DNA of 64,000 nucleotides, from NCBI GenBank assembly GCA_024696005.1, contig JAILHF010000035.1:28440-92439 (forward strand), read 5' to 3'. Of this stretch, positions 7,221-17,243 are shown piece after piece. This DNA comes from Lachnospiraceae bacterium (GTDB lineage Bacteria; Bacillota; Clostridia; Lachnospirales; Lachnospiraceae). The translations under genes were made by a program, and so were the position numbers. Position 1 is the first letter of the stretch. Every line of letters begins with the position of its first letter. The notes beneath the pieces were generated by a model, which made no database searches, was not told where the DNA came from, and saw only the letters and a program-made list of their open reading frames with translations.

Positions 7221-8446
7221 AGAAAAAATTACAGGCCGACAATCCGATATTTCCGATCCTGCTCCTGGGAGCTGCTCTGCTTTTGCGGCTTCTTTTGGGC
7301 TATTTCTATCCGCCTTATCCGGAAGCCATGGCAGAGTGGGCGGAGCGGATCTGGCGTGTGGGCTTCGCGGACTTTTACGGTCCGGAAGTACGCTGGCCTT
7401 ATCCTCCGCTGTATCTGTATGTACTGTGGATCTCCGGAGGAGCCATCTCGCTCTTAAAGATCGAAGACCCGCTGATGCAGCAGCTGATCATCAAGCTTCC
7501 GGCGATCCTCTGCGACATTGCCGCCGCTGGCCTGATCTACAGATACGCGAAGAAAATGCGCGGTGACAAAGCAGCCCTGATCTGCTGCGCCCTCTGGTGC
7601 TTCAATCCGGCCGTGATCCATAATTCCGCGATGTGGGGACAGACAGACGCCTGCTTTTCACTCTTCATCGCCCTGATGCTTGTTGCGCTCTGCGAGCGCA
7701 GGCTTCCGGCCGCCTTCCTGTATTTCGGGATCAGCCTGATGCTCAAGCAGCAGAGCCTGACCTTCGCTCCCGTGCTGCTCGTCGCGATCGTCGAGCAGGT
7801 CTTTCTGGAGGATTTCTCGATCCGGCGCACGCTGAGGCTCTTTGCGATAGGCCTGTGCGTGATCGCAGGCATGGTTCTGATCAGCCTGCCCTTCGGCCTC
7901 GGAGAAATGCTCGCGCAGTATCTGTCCGTGCAGGGCGGCATGCCTTATGCCAGCGTGGATGCCTTCAACTTCTGGGCACTCATCGGACGCAACTGGGCTC
8001 CGCTGGATTCCACCTTCCTGCACCTTCCCTGCAAAAGCTGGGGCAGCATCGCCATCGTCGGCATCACGCTGCTCTCCTTCCTCCTCGCTTTCCTGAAAAA
8101 AGAAAACCGCTCAAAGTATCCACTTCTCGCGGCTTTCCTGATCCTTTCCGTATTCTGTTTCGGCACCGGCATGCATGAGCGTTACATGCTTTCCGGACTG
8201 CTCTTTTTGCTGCTCGCCCTGATCTACACGAACTCCAAAGCGCTTTTGCCGTTCTACGCAGTCTTCAGCCTGCTGCAGCTTTCCAACACGGTGGCCGTCT
8301 ATGCCTACAACCTCCAAAACCCTTCCGTCCCGAAGGAAAAGGTAACGGCAGTCGTTTCCGCAGCGGTCGTTCTATGCACGCTGTTCTTCTGGCTGTTTCT
8401 TGCTCTCCGAGCCCTTCGCGTAAAAGATCCCGCAAAGAGCAAGTAA
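7217..8446 (+). CDS. polytopic GT-C-fold membrane glycosyltransferase (ArnT/PMT/DUF2029-like)
   Basis: 409 aa from MKKKLQADNPIFPILLLGAALLL... with at least 9 hydrophobic helices and an N-terminal loop FADFYGPEVRWPYPPLYLY. The track start 6998 would overlap the divergent PIG-L gene. Confidence 0.65.
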   Translation: MKKKLQADNPIFPILLLGAALLLRLLLGYFYPPYPEAMAEWAERIWRVGFADFYGPEVRWPYPPLYLYVLWISGGAISLLKIEDPLMQQLIIKLPAILCDIAAAGLIYRYAKKMRGDKAALICCALWCFNPAVIHNSAMWGQTDACFSLFIALMLVALCERRLPAAFLYFGISLMLKQQSLTFAPVLLVAIVEQVFLEDFSIRRTLRLFAIGLCVIAGMVLISLPFGLGEMLAQYLSVQGGMPYASVDAFNFWALIGRNWAPLDSTFLHLPCKSWGSIAIVGITLLSFLLAFLKKENRSKYPLLAAFLILSVFCFGTGMHERYMLSGLLFLLLALIYTNSKALLPFYAVFSLLQLSNTVAVYAYNLQNPSVPKEKVTAVVSAAVVLCTLFFWLFLALRALRVKDPAKSK

Positions 8447-9967
8447 GAGAAAGCAGCCGAAGGGATAGACCGGGTGTCCCGACCACTCCGTCATCATCCC
8501 TACCATCACATCCCCCAGAGCCAGAAGCGAGAAGGTCTGCATCTCATCCGCACTCTTTTTCCGGAAGATCACGGCACAGACATAGCTTAGGAGGATCATC
8601 AGCCCGAAGAGGATCCCGACAGGCACCCCGTACTGGAACATGTTCTGGAAATAGGTATTGTGGGAATGATAGATGATCTTTCCGTCCTCGAGCTCGATAT
8701 CGCCGGGGTAATGCCCTTTCAGGCTCATATGGCTCAGAAACAGTTTCCACACCACCATGCGTCCGTTGGAGACATCCTTCTCCGTATCGATGCCGATCAC
8801 GCCGTCCCCTTCCTTCGAAGGAGCGTAATCCTCATCGATGTGCAGCTCGATCCCCCATTTGCCGAGACTCAGGGTCAGATAGCGTGCGAAGCTGGTATAG
8901 CAGGGGGAATCCACCGGATCCCCGGGATAAACACGTGTGGGGTTGCCGTATTCCCCCGTGAAAAAGACGGGGGAGGCAGAATAGGCCGGGACATAACGCA
9001 GGACGAGATACCCCGGATACATCAGAAGGAGCGTGAGCACAAAGGGCAGAAGGAAGCGCAGGATGAAGCGCTTTTTTTCTTTGTTCCCGATGACGCGCAG
9101 CAGGAAATAAACGAAAAAGGAAAAGCCCATTCCCAAAAGATAGGTACGGGTATAATTGAAGATCACCAGAACCCCCGCCCAGACGGCAAGCAGGTGAAAA
9201 ACGATCAGGCCGGCAAGACGCGCCCTGCTCTTCTTTAGCTTCCACAGGGATTCGATCCGCACGGCCAGCATGATGACCACCGTGGAAAGATACATGCCGC
9301 ACATGTTCTCGTTTGAAAAATAGAAAAGATAGCGTTCCGTGTCATAAGGCCGGTGCAGCATCGAGCGGACGCTCAGGAACAGGAAACAGAGCAGTGCCCC
9401 GTCCAGGAACGCGTGAAACAGCTGCCGGCGGTTCTCTTCCTCCCTGCACGCGATGATCACCGAAGGGAAGCCGATCGTGAAAACGATCACATAGGCAAAG
9501 CCCGGATTCGCCACGGTCAGGACCACGGCATACAAAAGCCAGCCGGCCGCAAAGAGCTTCTTGTAAAGCGGCATCTCATGAAGCGCGGCAAAAAACTTCC
9601 TTGCCAGGTCCTCACGGACGATGTGCTTGAGCAGAGCGATCAGCATCAGGCCCCAGCCCAGCGCAACGCCCTTTCCCAGTCGGATCAGTTCCACAAACTG
9701 GTAATCGCAGTTATCCGGGATCCAGTGCTTCTCATAAGCGACATGCGTCACCACATAACAGACCGGCAGATACAAAAGCGACCACACGGTCAGAGTGTCC
9801 TTGGGCGGAAGAAAGATCAGCACCTGCAGGGAAAAACAGATGCAGAAAATGCGGAACGGCAGATCCTGTTCATAGGAATGCCCCGCATTGCAGAACTTCA
9901 CACCCATATAGGCCATTATGAAAAACAAAAACGCCGAAACGGCATAGCGCCAGTATCGTTTAATCAT
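8372..9967 (-). CDS. O-antigen ligase / Wzy_C-domain membrane protein
   Basis: Polytopic. The motif region is YHSHNTYFQNMFQYGVPVGILFGLMILL. I prefer ATG 9967 (MIKRYW...), which overlaps the ABC-gene stop. The track start is 9994. Confidence 0.75.
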   Translation of the reverse strand: MIKRYWRYAVSAFLFFIMAYMGVKFCNAGHSYEQDLPFRIFCICFSLQVLIFLPPKDTLTVWSLLYLPVCYVVTHVAYEKHWIPDNCDYQFVELIRLGKGVALGWGLMLIALLKHIVREDLARKFFAALHEMPLYKKLFAAGWLLYAVVLTVANPGFAYVIVFTIGFPSVIIACREEENRRQLFHAFLDGALLCFLFLSVRSMLHRPYDTERYLFYFSNENMCGMYLSTVVIMLAVRIESLWKLKKSRARLAGLIVFHLLAVWAGVLVIFNYTRTYLLGMGFSFFVYFLLRVIGNKEKKRFILRFLLPFVLTLLLMYPGYLVLRYVPAYSASPVFFTGEYGNPTRVYPGDPVDSPCYTSFARYLTLSLGKWGIELHIDEDYAPSKEGDGVIGIDTEKDVSNGRMVVWKLFLSHMSLKGHYPGDIELEDGKIIYHSHNTYFQNMFQYGVPVGILFGLMILLSYVCAVIFRKKSADEMQTFSLLALGDVMVGMMTEWSGHPVYPFGCFLLLALCGIFYAKGSESKKQPEEQRA

Positions 9968-11705
9968 TTGCACGGATCTTTCCCCCTTCCACACGATAGA
10001 CCATGTCGCATTTCTCTATGGTCTGAAGCCGGTGCGCGATGATGATCAGGGTTTTCTTTCCCTGGAACCGGTTGATGGATTCCATGATCGCGCTCTCGGT
10101 ATCGTTATCCAGAGCGCTGGTAGCCTCATCCAGTATCAATACCTCGGGATCCTCATAAAGCGCCCTGGCGATCCCGATCCTCTGCCTCTGTCCCCCGGAA
10201 AGCCGCACCCCGCGTTCTCCGATCCCGGTCTCAAGCCCTTCCGGCAGGCCGCGCACGAACTCATCCAGCTGCGCGTCCTTAAGTACCTCCCAGATCCGCT
10301 CTTCGCTGACCTTGTCCTCGGGAATCCCGAAAGCCACGTTCCGCCGTATCGTATCATCCAGCATGAAGATCGTCTGCGGGATATAACCGATGTTCCTGAG
10401 CCAGCCGCGGTAATTCTCCTTTGCGAGCACATCCTTCCCGTCTGCCTTGATGGTCCCGCCCTGGATCCTCAGCATTCCCAGAAGCACATCCACGATGGTG
10501 GACTTGCCGGCTCCGGAAGCACCCACGATGCCGATGCTCTTTCCCACGGGGATCGTAAGATCCGCATGATCAAAGATCTCGACCTCGGTATTCGGATAGT
10601 GGTAGCAGATGTTCTTCAGTTCGATCTTTTCTTTGACCGGGAGCTTCGTCACATCGGAGGCAAAATCGGCCATGTCGGTCTTTTCACCGCTGATCTCGTC
10701 CTGCAGGCTGTCCGAAACTCCCATCAGGAACGGTTCAAAATACGCGATATTGTTCAGCTGGTTGTTGATGCGGTTCGCGCTCGGCATCAGACGCATCACG
10801 GCCAGACCGAAAGCACCGATGATGGCCATCATGCTCGAAGTATCCCTGCCGCTCAGCATCAGGATCAGAAGATACAATACCATCGCCGTCACGGAGACCG
10901 TCTCGATCAGAAGCCTCGGGATGTTGTTATAAAGCGTATACTTCTGCACCGCATTCACGTAACCGTGGCCGCAGCGTATGTACTCATCCACAAAATACTG
11001 CTCCCGTCCGCCGGTCTTGATCTCTTTGATGCCGGTAACGGATTCGCTGATCCACTTGAACAGGGAGGAGTAATAATCCTGATTATCCTTCCCGGCCTTT
11101 TGCATGAGCGGCTTCAAAACCGCCTTGATCACAAGGAGGGTCACCAGCAGCAGGGCCGAGATCATCAGCGTCATCATCGGCTCCGCCAGGAAAAGGACCG
11201 CCACCAGGCAGACAAAAACGATGCTTTCGCTCACCAGCTGCATGAGGGAAAGGATCAGGGCATACATGTTGTTCACATCCGAAGTGATGCTCCTCTGGAT
11301 CACGGCCGTATCGGCATTCAGAAAGAACTCATAATCCCGGCGCATGTAATTCTTCATCATGCGCTCCGAAGTGCGGAACTGGTTGGTGTAGACAAAATGA
11401 TACAGGACCTTCTGCTGAAAAAAGAGAAAAAGGTTTTTCAGGACAAAGGCCGCGATCAGCGCCACCATGATCACGGTGGCAAAAGCCTCACGCGAAGAAA
11501 AGCCCAACGCGTCATAGAGCGTTGCCACAATGGCATTGTCCGTGATCGCGTTCTCATCCATCAGGACCGTGACCACAGGGACCACGATCGCCACGCTGGC
11601 CGTTTCCAGCACGGCTCCGATCAGCATCATGCAAAGGAGCAGCAGCATGAAGCGTTTCTGTTTCCCGTCCAGGAGGACGCTCAGTTTTTTCCAGATCTTT
11701 AACAT
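9960..11705 (-). CDS. ABC exporter, fused permease/ATPase (MsbA/PglK type)
   Basis: 581 aa with 6 N-terminal TM helices. Walker A is GASGAGKST, the signature is LSGGQRQR and Walker B is LILDEATSALD. Confidence 0.9.
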   Translation of the reverse strand: MLKIWKKLSVLLDGKQKRFMLLLLCMMLIGAVLETASVAIVVPVVTVLMDENAITDNAIVATLYDALGFSSREAFATVIMVALIAAFVLKNLFLFFQQKVLYHFVYTNQFRTSERMMKNYMRRDYEFFLNADTAVIQRSITSDVNNMYALILSLMQLVSESIVFVCLVAVLFLAEPMMTLMISALLLVTLLVIKAVLKPLMQKAGKDNQDYYSSLFKWISESVTGIKEIKTGGREQYFVDEYIRCGHGYVNAVQKYTLYNNIPRLLIETVSVTAMVLYLLILMLSGRDTSSMMAIIGAFGLAVMRLMPSANRINNQLNNIAYFEPFLMGVSDSLQDEISGEKTDMADFASDVTKLPVKEKIELKNICYHYPNTEVEIFDHADLTIPVGKSIGIVGASGAGKSTIVDVLLGMLRIQGGTIKADGKDVLAKENYRGWLRNIGYIPQTIFMLDDTIRRNVAFGIPEDKVSEERIWEVLKDAQLDEFVRGLPEGLETGIGERGVRLSGGQRQRIGIARALYEDPEVLILDEATSALDNDTESAIMESINRFQGKKTLIIIAHRLQTIEKCDMVYRVEGGKIRAND

Positions 11706-11742
11706 CTATGCAAAACCTCAGGCATGTCAGATTACGTGCCGG

Positions 11743-12747
11743 TCAGACGATCCCGCGCATTTTCATGGTCTTCCGATGGATCTCGCGGACACGTTTCGGA
11801 GAAGCGGCCAGCAGCTTCAGATAGCATTTCTGTCTGCTGTTCAGATAGCGGTTTTTTGCGATCTCGTGCTTCTCACTCTTCACAAAACGGACGATGCGCA
11901 TGTAAAAGCTGTTTTCCGGCTTCATCTCCTCGATGGGAATGTGAAGCAAAAAATCCAGGGCCTGGACCAGGCGGAAGCGTTTTCCTTCCTCCAGGTACTC
12001 CGGATAATGATCCCTTGCGATCCGGCAGGCCGTGAAGGCATTGTACATCATGTCCTCATAAAACTGCTGCCGGTAGGTCCCCCGGGTAGCGCTCTCTCCG
12101 CTCAGCCGGATATTATACCCCACGATCGCCAATGTGGGAACCCCGTCCGAGAGTTTCGGCATCATCCGTAACAATAATTCAAAATCTTCGTTTTTATGGC
12201 CTTCCTTGAAACGAAATTCGCGGATGAATTCCGTGCGGAAAAGCTTGGTGCAGAAACTGCTGTCCCCCTCGTGCAGGATCAGCTGGCGGAAGTATTCCTC
12301 TTCCGTCAGGACTGCCACGCTGCCGTCGGCATTCTTCGGTGCCAGCACCAGCGTGCCGTCCTCTGCAAAATTCCGGCTCATCAGCTGGGCGCAGGCAAAG
12401 GTGCGGTTGTCCGCCAGATACTCGTAAAGGGTCCGGTACATGTCCGGCTCGATCCAGTCATCCGCGTCCACAAAGCCGATAAAATCGCCCTTTGCCTCTA
12501 CAATCCCCAGATTCCGTGCGGAAGATGCTCCGCCGTTCTCCTTCCGGATCACGCGCACCCTGGCGTCTTTCTTCGCATACTCCTCACAGATCGCCGGGCT
12601 GTCATCCGTGGACCCGTCATCCACCAGGAGGATCTCCAGTTCCTCATGGCTCTGGGCCAGCACGCTGTCCAGACAGGTGCGCAGATATTCGCTTTTGTTA
12701 TACACCGGAATGATCACCGTGATCAGTTTCCGCTCTTGTTCTTCCAT
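11743..12747 (-). CDS. glycosyltransferase family 2
   Basis: MEEQERKLITVIIPVYNKSEYLRTCLDSVLAQSHEELEILLVDDGSTDDS...VDADDW. The internal ATG 12747 avoids overlap with the upstream gene. Confidence 0.85.
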   Translation of the reverse strand: MEEQERKLITVIIPVYNKSEYLRTCLDSVLAQSHEELEILLVDDGSTDDSPAICEEYAKKDARVRVIRKENGGASSARNLGIVEAKGDFIGFVDADDWIEPDMYRTLYEYLADNRTFACAQLMSRNFAEDGTLVLAPKNADGSVAVLTEEEYFRQLILHEGDSSFCTKLFRTEFIREFRFKEGHKNEDFELLLRMMPKLSDGVPTLAIVGYNIRLSGESATRGTYRQQFYEDMMYNAFTACRIARDHYPEYLEEGKRFRLVQALDFLLHIPIEEMKPENSFYMRIVRFVKSEKHEIAKNRYLNSRQKCYLKLLAASPKRVREIHRKTMKMRGIV

Positions 12748-12775
12748 GTTCCCCCATCGGCTTTCCGCCGCCCCG

Positions 12776-14050
12776 TTACCATCTTTTTGTAAAACGCAGT
12801 CCTCTGCTCTCCCGGATCTCCGGATCCCTGCACATGGGCTGCAGCGCCCCCGTTTTTTCTTCCTCCGGCGCAAATTCCGGAAGAAGCGCCTTTTTGTTTC
12901 CCTTCCCTGATTCCATTCCTTTCATCAGTCCCTCCGCCACGCGAAGAAACTGTGCTGCCGCATTCTCCGCATTCCAGTAGCGGACCATGGTCTCGTAAGC
13001 CCGCTTCCCCTGTTCCCTGCAGTCCCCGCGCTCCAGCGTCATGTACAGGACCATGCTGCAGAACCTGTCCAGGTCCCCGTCAGCCACCATCCCGTTCCAG
13101 CCGTGCTGGATCAGGTAAGGGACCGCTCCGATCATGTAGCGTGCGATCACCAGGCAGCCGCTGTTCATGGCTTCGTTCAGGACCGCTCCCCAGCCCTCTT
13201 TCCGATCGCTGGTAAAAAGAAAGATATCGGCCCGTTCCATCTCTTCACGGATCTGCTCCGGAGAAAGATAGCCGGTAAAACGCACATGCTCCTGCAGTCC
13301 TTTCTCACGCGCCTGCGCCAGCATCGTCTGTCCCAGCTCGCCGTCTCCCGCCATGGTCAGAACGAATCCGCCGTTTGCCTTCAGGCGCTGCACCACTTCC
13401 GGCTTCAGCCCCCCGCCTCCGCACAGCAGCCTGTGCGCCGCTTCCAGCGCATATTCCGGGTGCTTCCAGTCGATCATGCGTCCTGCCCAGAGGATGCGGA
13501 CAGGCTCGCCCTCGCGGCTCTTTTTCGCCATCAGCTCATCAAGATCGTAATGCTTCACCTCCGGGAAATAGCCCCAGACGAACTTTTTCTTCGGATAGGC
13601 GTGGATCAGCTTAAAATCCGAGCCCACATAAGCCCCGGCGCAGAGCAGATATACCGGGCTCTTCCGGTAGCGTATGTGATCATGGTATTTCTTCTTCAGG
13701 CCTCTGGGCGAGACGAATTTCCACTGTCCTTCCTTATAGATCCGTTCGCTGTAGCGGAAGGTCAGCTTTCCGGCCTGCAGGCGCGGCTCGATCACTTCCT
13801 CCATCTCCACGCCGCCCCAGATCACCAGATCACTTTCGAAGATATCCCGCTTCGCCGCCTCTTCATTGTCGCGGTAGCGCTTCACATACGGATAGGCGGA
13901 GATATCGATCCCCCAGCCCATGCGCTGCCGTTCCTCGTCCATGTCCTGGGTCTGGTAAAAGACAAAGTCCACATCCTCCGCCCGGGACAGCGCTTCGCAG
14001 AGCGGCTTCTGGTGATGATTAAAATAGTTGGAAACAAATACAAGCCTCAT
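12776..14050 (-). CDS. glycosyltransferase (GT-B, family 1/4-like)
   Basis: 424 aa. The C-terminal half reads ...ADIFLFTSDRKEGWGAVLNEAMNSGCLVIA, an E-x7-E-type region. Confidence 0.75.
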   Translation of the reverse strand: MRLVFVSNYFNHHQKPLCEALSRAEDVDFVFYQTQDMDEERQRMGWGIDISAYPYVKRYRDNEEAAKRDIFESDLVIWGGVEMEEVIEPRLQAGKLTFRYSERIYKEGQWKFVSPRGLKKKYHDHIRYRKSPVYLLCAGAYVGSDFKLIHAYPKKKFVWGYFPEVKHYDLDELMAKKSREGEPVRILWAGRMIDWKHPEYALEAAHRLLCGGGGLKPEVVQRLKANGGFVLTMAGDGELGQTMLAQAREKGLQEHVRFTGYLSPEQIREEMERADIFLFTSDRKEGWGAVLNEAMNSGCLVIARYMIGAVPYLIQHGWNGMVADGDLDRFCSMVLYMTLERGDCREQGKRAYETMVRYWNAENAAAQFLRVAEGLMKGMESGKGNKKALLPEFAPEEEKTGALQPMCRDPEIRESRGLRFTKRW

Positions 14051-15324
14051 TGGTTCTCTTTCACGATATTATCGTAGATCCAAAGCAGCATTTTGTAGTT
14101 GGCTTCCCGGTCATAGCTGAGCATCGCGCGCTTCCTGCCGGCCAGCCCCAGTTCTTTTGCCGCTTCCCTGTCCTCAAAGATCGCGGAGACTGCCTCTGCG
14201 ATCCCCTTCGCATCGCCGGGCTCCGTGAAACGCACTTCCCCCTCCGAAGCCTGCGACGGAATGCCGCCCACACGGCTCGCAACGCAGGGCATGCCGAGCA
14301 TCATGGCCTCTCCCAACGAGTTGGGCGAATTCTCGACAAAAGACGGAAGGACGTAGACTGCCGATGAGAGATAAAGCTCCTTCATCTGCACGTCCTTCTT
14401 CTGTCCCACATAGCGGACCGCATCCTGCAGACCGTGACGGCGGATCTGTTCCCGCAGATATTTCCCGTAACCGCAGCGTTTCAGCGCGTCCATCGGGCCG
14501 TTTCCGCGCAGGATGTTGTCCCCCGCGACGGTCAGCGTAACATCCGGATAGCGTTTCCGCAGGATCGCGAGCGCCTCGATCATCACATGCGCCCCCTTCA
14601 GCGGGATATTGCCCTGGGACATCACGATCGAATGCGGACTGCAGGCCTCTGCATCCCACATTCCTTCGTAAAAACAGCTGCGCAGCGTCTCGTTGCAGGC
14701 AAAATAGCTTCCGTCCGGATGATGCTTCGCGAAGTATTCCTTGTCAAAAGCCGTGCGCCCGCAGGCGTATTCCGCAAGCGCAAGCGCTTCCGACTCGTTA
14801 ACGGCTCTTCTTTCGTATTTCTCCTTTTGCATCGCAAGGCTGTCCCTGCGCAGCACATCGCGGAACGTGGCCCGTTCCGTGACCTCCGCGGGAAGCCCGC
14901 CGAAATAGGCGTCCGTGCAGGGCTGCATGAGGCCCTGCAGATGGACCAGCGTGCGCTTCTTCCATTCATCGATGCGGAGCATGGCCAGTGTGTGCGGGAA
15001 TTCGGTCCCGTAAACGTGGATCACGTCGGGCCGGTATTCCTCGCAGATCCTGCCCAGGGACGCGACCAGCGCCGCATCATAGTTTTCCGGATGTGCGGTA
15101 TCCTCGATAAAGCCGAAATATTCCAGCCCCCGGACCTTCCCGTGCAGGTTCTCCTCCTGCAACAGGGGAAAGGCGACAGCCAGCTGCAGGCCGTCCGCTT
15201 TGGCATGCTGCAGCACACATTCCATGGCGCCGGCGACCCAGCCCTCCTTATTGGAACGCTTCCTGCGTATCACGTCCGCCACCATGGCCGGCACGAGATT
15301 GCTGATCCACAATATCTTCATCAT
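14047..15324 (-). CDS. glycosyltransferase family 4 (GT-B)
   Basis: 425 aa, ...VYVLPSFVENSPNSLGEAMMLGMPCVASRVGGIP. It has an ATGA overlap with the downstream gene. Confidence 0.8.
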   Translation of the reverse strand: MMKILWISNLVPAMVADVIRRKRSNKEGWVAGAMECVLQHAKADGLQLAVAFPLLQEENLHGKVRGLEYFGFIEDTAHPENYDAALVASLGRICEEYRPDVIHVYGTEFPHTLAMLRIDEWKKRTLVHLQGLMQPCTDAYFGGLPAEVTERATFRDVLRRDSLAMQKEKYERRAVNESEALALAEYACGRTAFDKEYFAKHHPDGSYFACNETLRSCFYEGMWDAEACSPHSIVMSQGNIPLKGAHVMIEALAILRKRYPDVTLTVAGDNILRGNGPMDALKRCGYGKYLREQIRRHGLQDAVRYVGQKKDVQMKELYLSSAVYVLPSFVENSPNSLGEAMMLGMPCVASRVGGIPSQASEGEVRFTEPGDAKGIAEAVSAIFEDREAAKELGLAGRKRAMLSYDREANYKMLLWIYDNIVKENQ

Positions 15325-16116
15325 TCACCCCCGCTGCTTTTTTCCGTACAGCAGCCCTTTGATCCTGTGATACAGGCCGGAAAAGCGCGGATCCCCCGCA
15401 AGCTTTTCCCGAAGCGGCTGCAGTGTGAGGATCATGATCGCACGGTACAGATACACCTTTGCTCCCATGTACCTGCGCGTGATCTCCGCGTGCTCTTTCG
15501 CCGCCTCTTTTTTGTGCTCTTCCGTTTCGGAAAAGCCGCCCCCCTGATAAGAACAGACCGTGTGCGGCAGATGCCTGCAGACAGCCCCCTCCTCGTAATA
15601 ACAATGCAGAAAATGCTCATAATCGGCACGCACACGGTATTCCGTGCGGTAGCCGCGCTTTGCGAAAAGCCGTCTCGCGTAAAAGCAGACCTGATGACAG
15701 GGAACGTTCCGGTAACAGACAAAATCCGTGATCCGCCCCGGTGCGACATCCACGCTCTTCTGCTGCCGGCGGTACAGATCGCCGTAAAGGATGTCGGCGT
15801 TCTCCGAGACCAGCGCCTTTGCCGCGCGTCCCAGAACCTTTTCGTCCGCGAGATAATCCCCGCAGTTCAGGAAAAGAAAATAGTCGCCCGCAGCCATTTC
15901 CACCGCCTGGTTCATGGCATCGTAGATCGAACGGTCCTTCCTTTGTTCAAGCCGTATCCTGTCATCCGCAGGCAGGCGTTCCACGGAACCGTCCGTCGAG
16001 CCGCCGTCCTTGACCAGGATCTCGTAATCCCCGTATTTCTGCCGCAGAACGCTTTCCACGGTCTTTTGCAGTTCGTCGCCAGCATTCAGGCTGACGACAA
16101 TGATCGAAAAACGCAT
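15325..16116 (-). CDS. glycosyltransferase family 2
   Basis: MRFSIIVVSLNAGDELQKTVESVLRQKYGDYEILVKDGGSTDGS...FLNCGD. The start was chosen at the internal ATG 16116. Confidence 0.85.
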   Translation of the reverse strand: MRFSIIVVSLNAGDELQKTVESVLRQKYGDYEILVKDGGSTDGSVERLPADDRIRLEQRKDRSIYDAMNQAVEMAAGDYFLFLNCGDYLADEKVLGRAAKALVSENADILYGDLYRRQQKSVDVAPGRITDFVCYRNVPCHQVCFYARRLFAKRGYRTEYRVRADYEHFLHCYYEEGAVCRHLPHTVCSYQGGGFSETEEHKKEAAKEHAEITRRYMGAKVYLYRAIMILTLQPLREKLAGDPRFSGLYHRIKGLLYGKKQRG

Positions 16117-16127
16117 GTAACCCCCCC

Positions 16128-17243
16128 TCAGAAAACCGGGTTCATCCCGTCCGGAACCGAAAGCCAGGTCGTGTACGGCAGGATGCGTACCAGCTGTTCG
16201 TCCGCTCTCCATAAAAACGCCAGAAAATATAAAAGCCCCGCCACCGCCACCGCGGCATAGAACACCGTGCGGCGTTTTCCTTTGCAGCAGGCCAGAAGCT
16301 CGGGTATCAGCAAGAGCTGGCTCACATTCAGGTAATACGCGATCCTGGAAACAAAGGGAACAAAGGAAAAACAGGTAAAGAGCAGCAGCGCAAGCACGTT
16401 CATGTGCACATACAGCTTAATGCGCGGCCTCGCCTCCACCTCTTCGCGCTCAAACTGAAGCAGATAAAGGAAGAAGAGCAGGACCATCAGGACACGCGCG
16501 ATATTGACCAGGCTGAAATAATCCCCGTTCAGGTATTCCTCTTCGTTCACATAGGACGGATAGAGCCAGAGCAGCAGCTTGCGGTACTGCGCCTTGAACA
16601 GCAGGCCCGAAAGCCCTCCCGCCGCAAGGACCGGATAAAACCATTTGCGCCACTCCAGGCGGCTCAGCGGATAAAGCACGAGCACGACCAGCGCCGTCTT
16701 GTGAAACAGCGCGGCACAGATCACCGCAAGCAGGAATTTCTCCCATTGTTTTTCCCAGACAAAACGAAGGGAATAAAGGACCAGCGCCAGCGCGAAATAA
16801 TAACGCACGGTATTGTAGCTCTGGAAATACAGCGCAAAGGCCAGATAAAGAAAGACGGAAACAGCCGGATCCGCGCTCTGCTCATACAGGGCCCGCAGCG
16901 AGAAAAAGACGGTGAACGCCGCGAAGATCGCAAAGATCACCAGGAAATACTCACCGCCAAGAAGCTTGTAGACCAGCTTGACAAGCAGGTTGAACCCGGG
17001 TTCGGTCACAACATAGTGATCCAGCTTGACGTCGTGGAAATGCTCGATGTAGGTATAGTAATCGTTTCCCGTATAAAGCCGGAGCGCGGAAGGCAGAAAG
17101 AGCAGCCAGAAAAGGACTGCCAGGAAGAGTCGGTTACGCGCGGCCCCGAAGCTGCCCGGGACCGTCTGCGCCGCGGGGCGGATGCGGGAAGCCAGCACCG
17201 TCCCGATACTGAGAAGGAGGGTGTATAGCATCATTCCCTGCAT
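16128..17243 (-). CDS. EpsG-family polysaccharide polymerase (Wzy-like)
   Basis: Polytopic, with TGNDYYTYIEHFHDV typical of EpsG. The start is ambiguous among ATGs at 17243, 17234 and 17231. Confidence 0.7.
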   Translation of the reverse strand: MQGMMLYTLLLSIGTVLASRIRPAAQTVPGSFGAARNRLFLAVLFWLLFLPSALRLYTGNDYYTYIEHFHDVKLDHYVVTEPGFNLLVKLVYKLLGGEYFLVIFAIFAAFTVFFSLRALYEQSADPAVSVFLYLAFALYFQSYNTVRYYFALALVLYSLRFVWEKQWEKFLLAVICAALFHKTALVVLVLYPLSRLEWRKWFYPVLAAGGLSGLLFKAQYRKLLLWLYPSYVNEEEYLNGDYFSLVNIARVLMVLLFFLYLLQFEREEVEARPRIKLYVHMNVLALLLFTCFSFVPFVSRIAYYLNVSQLLLIPELLACCKGKRRTVFYAAVAVAGLLYFLAFLWRADEQLVRILPYTTWLSVPDGMNPVF

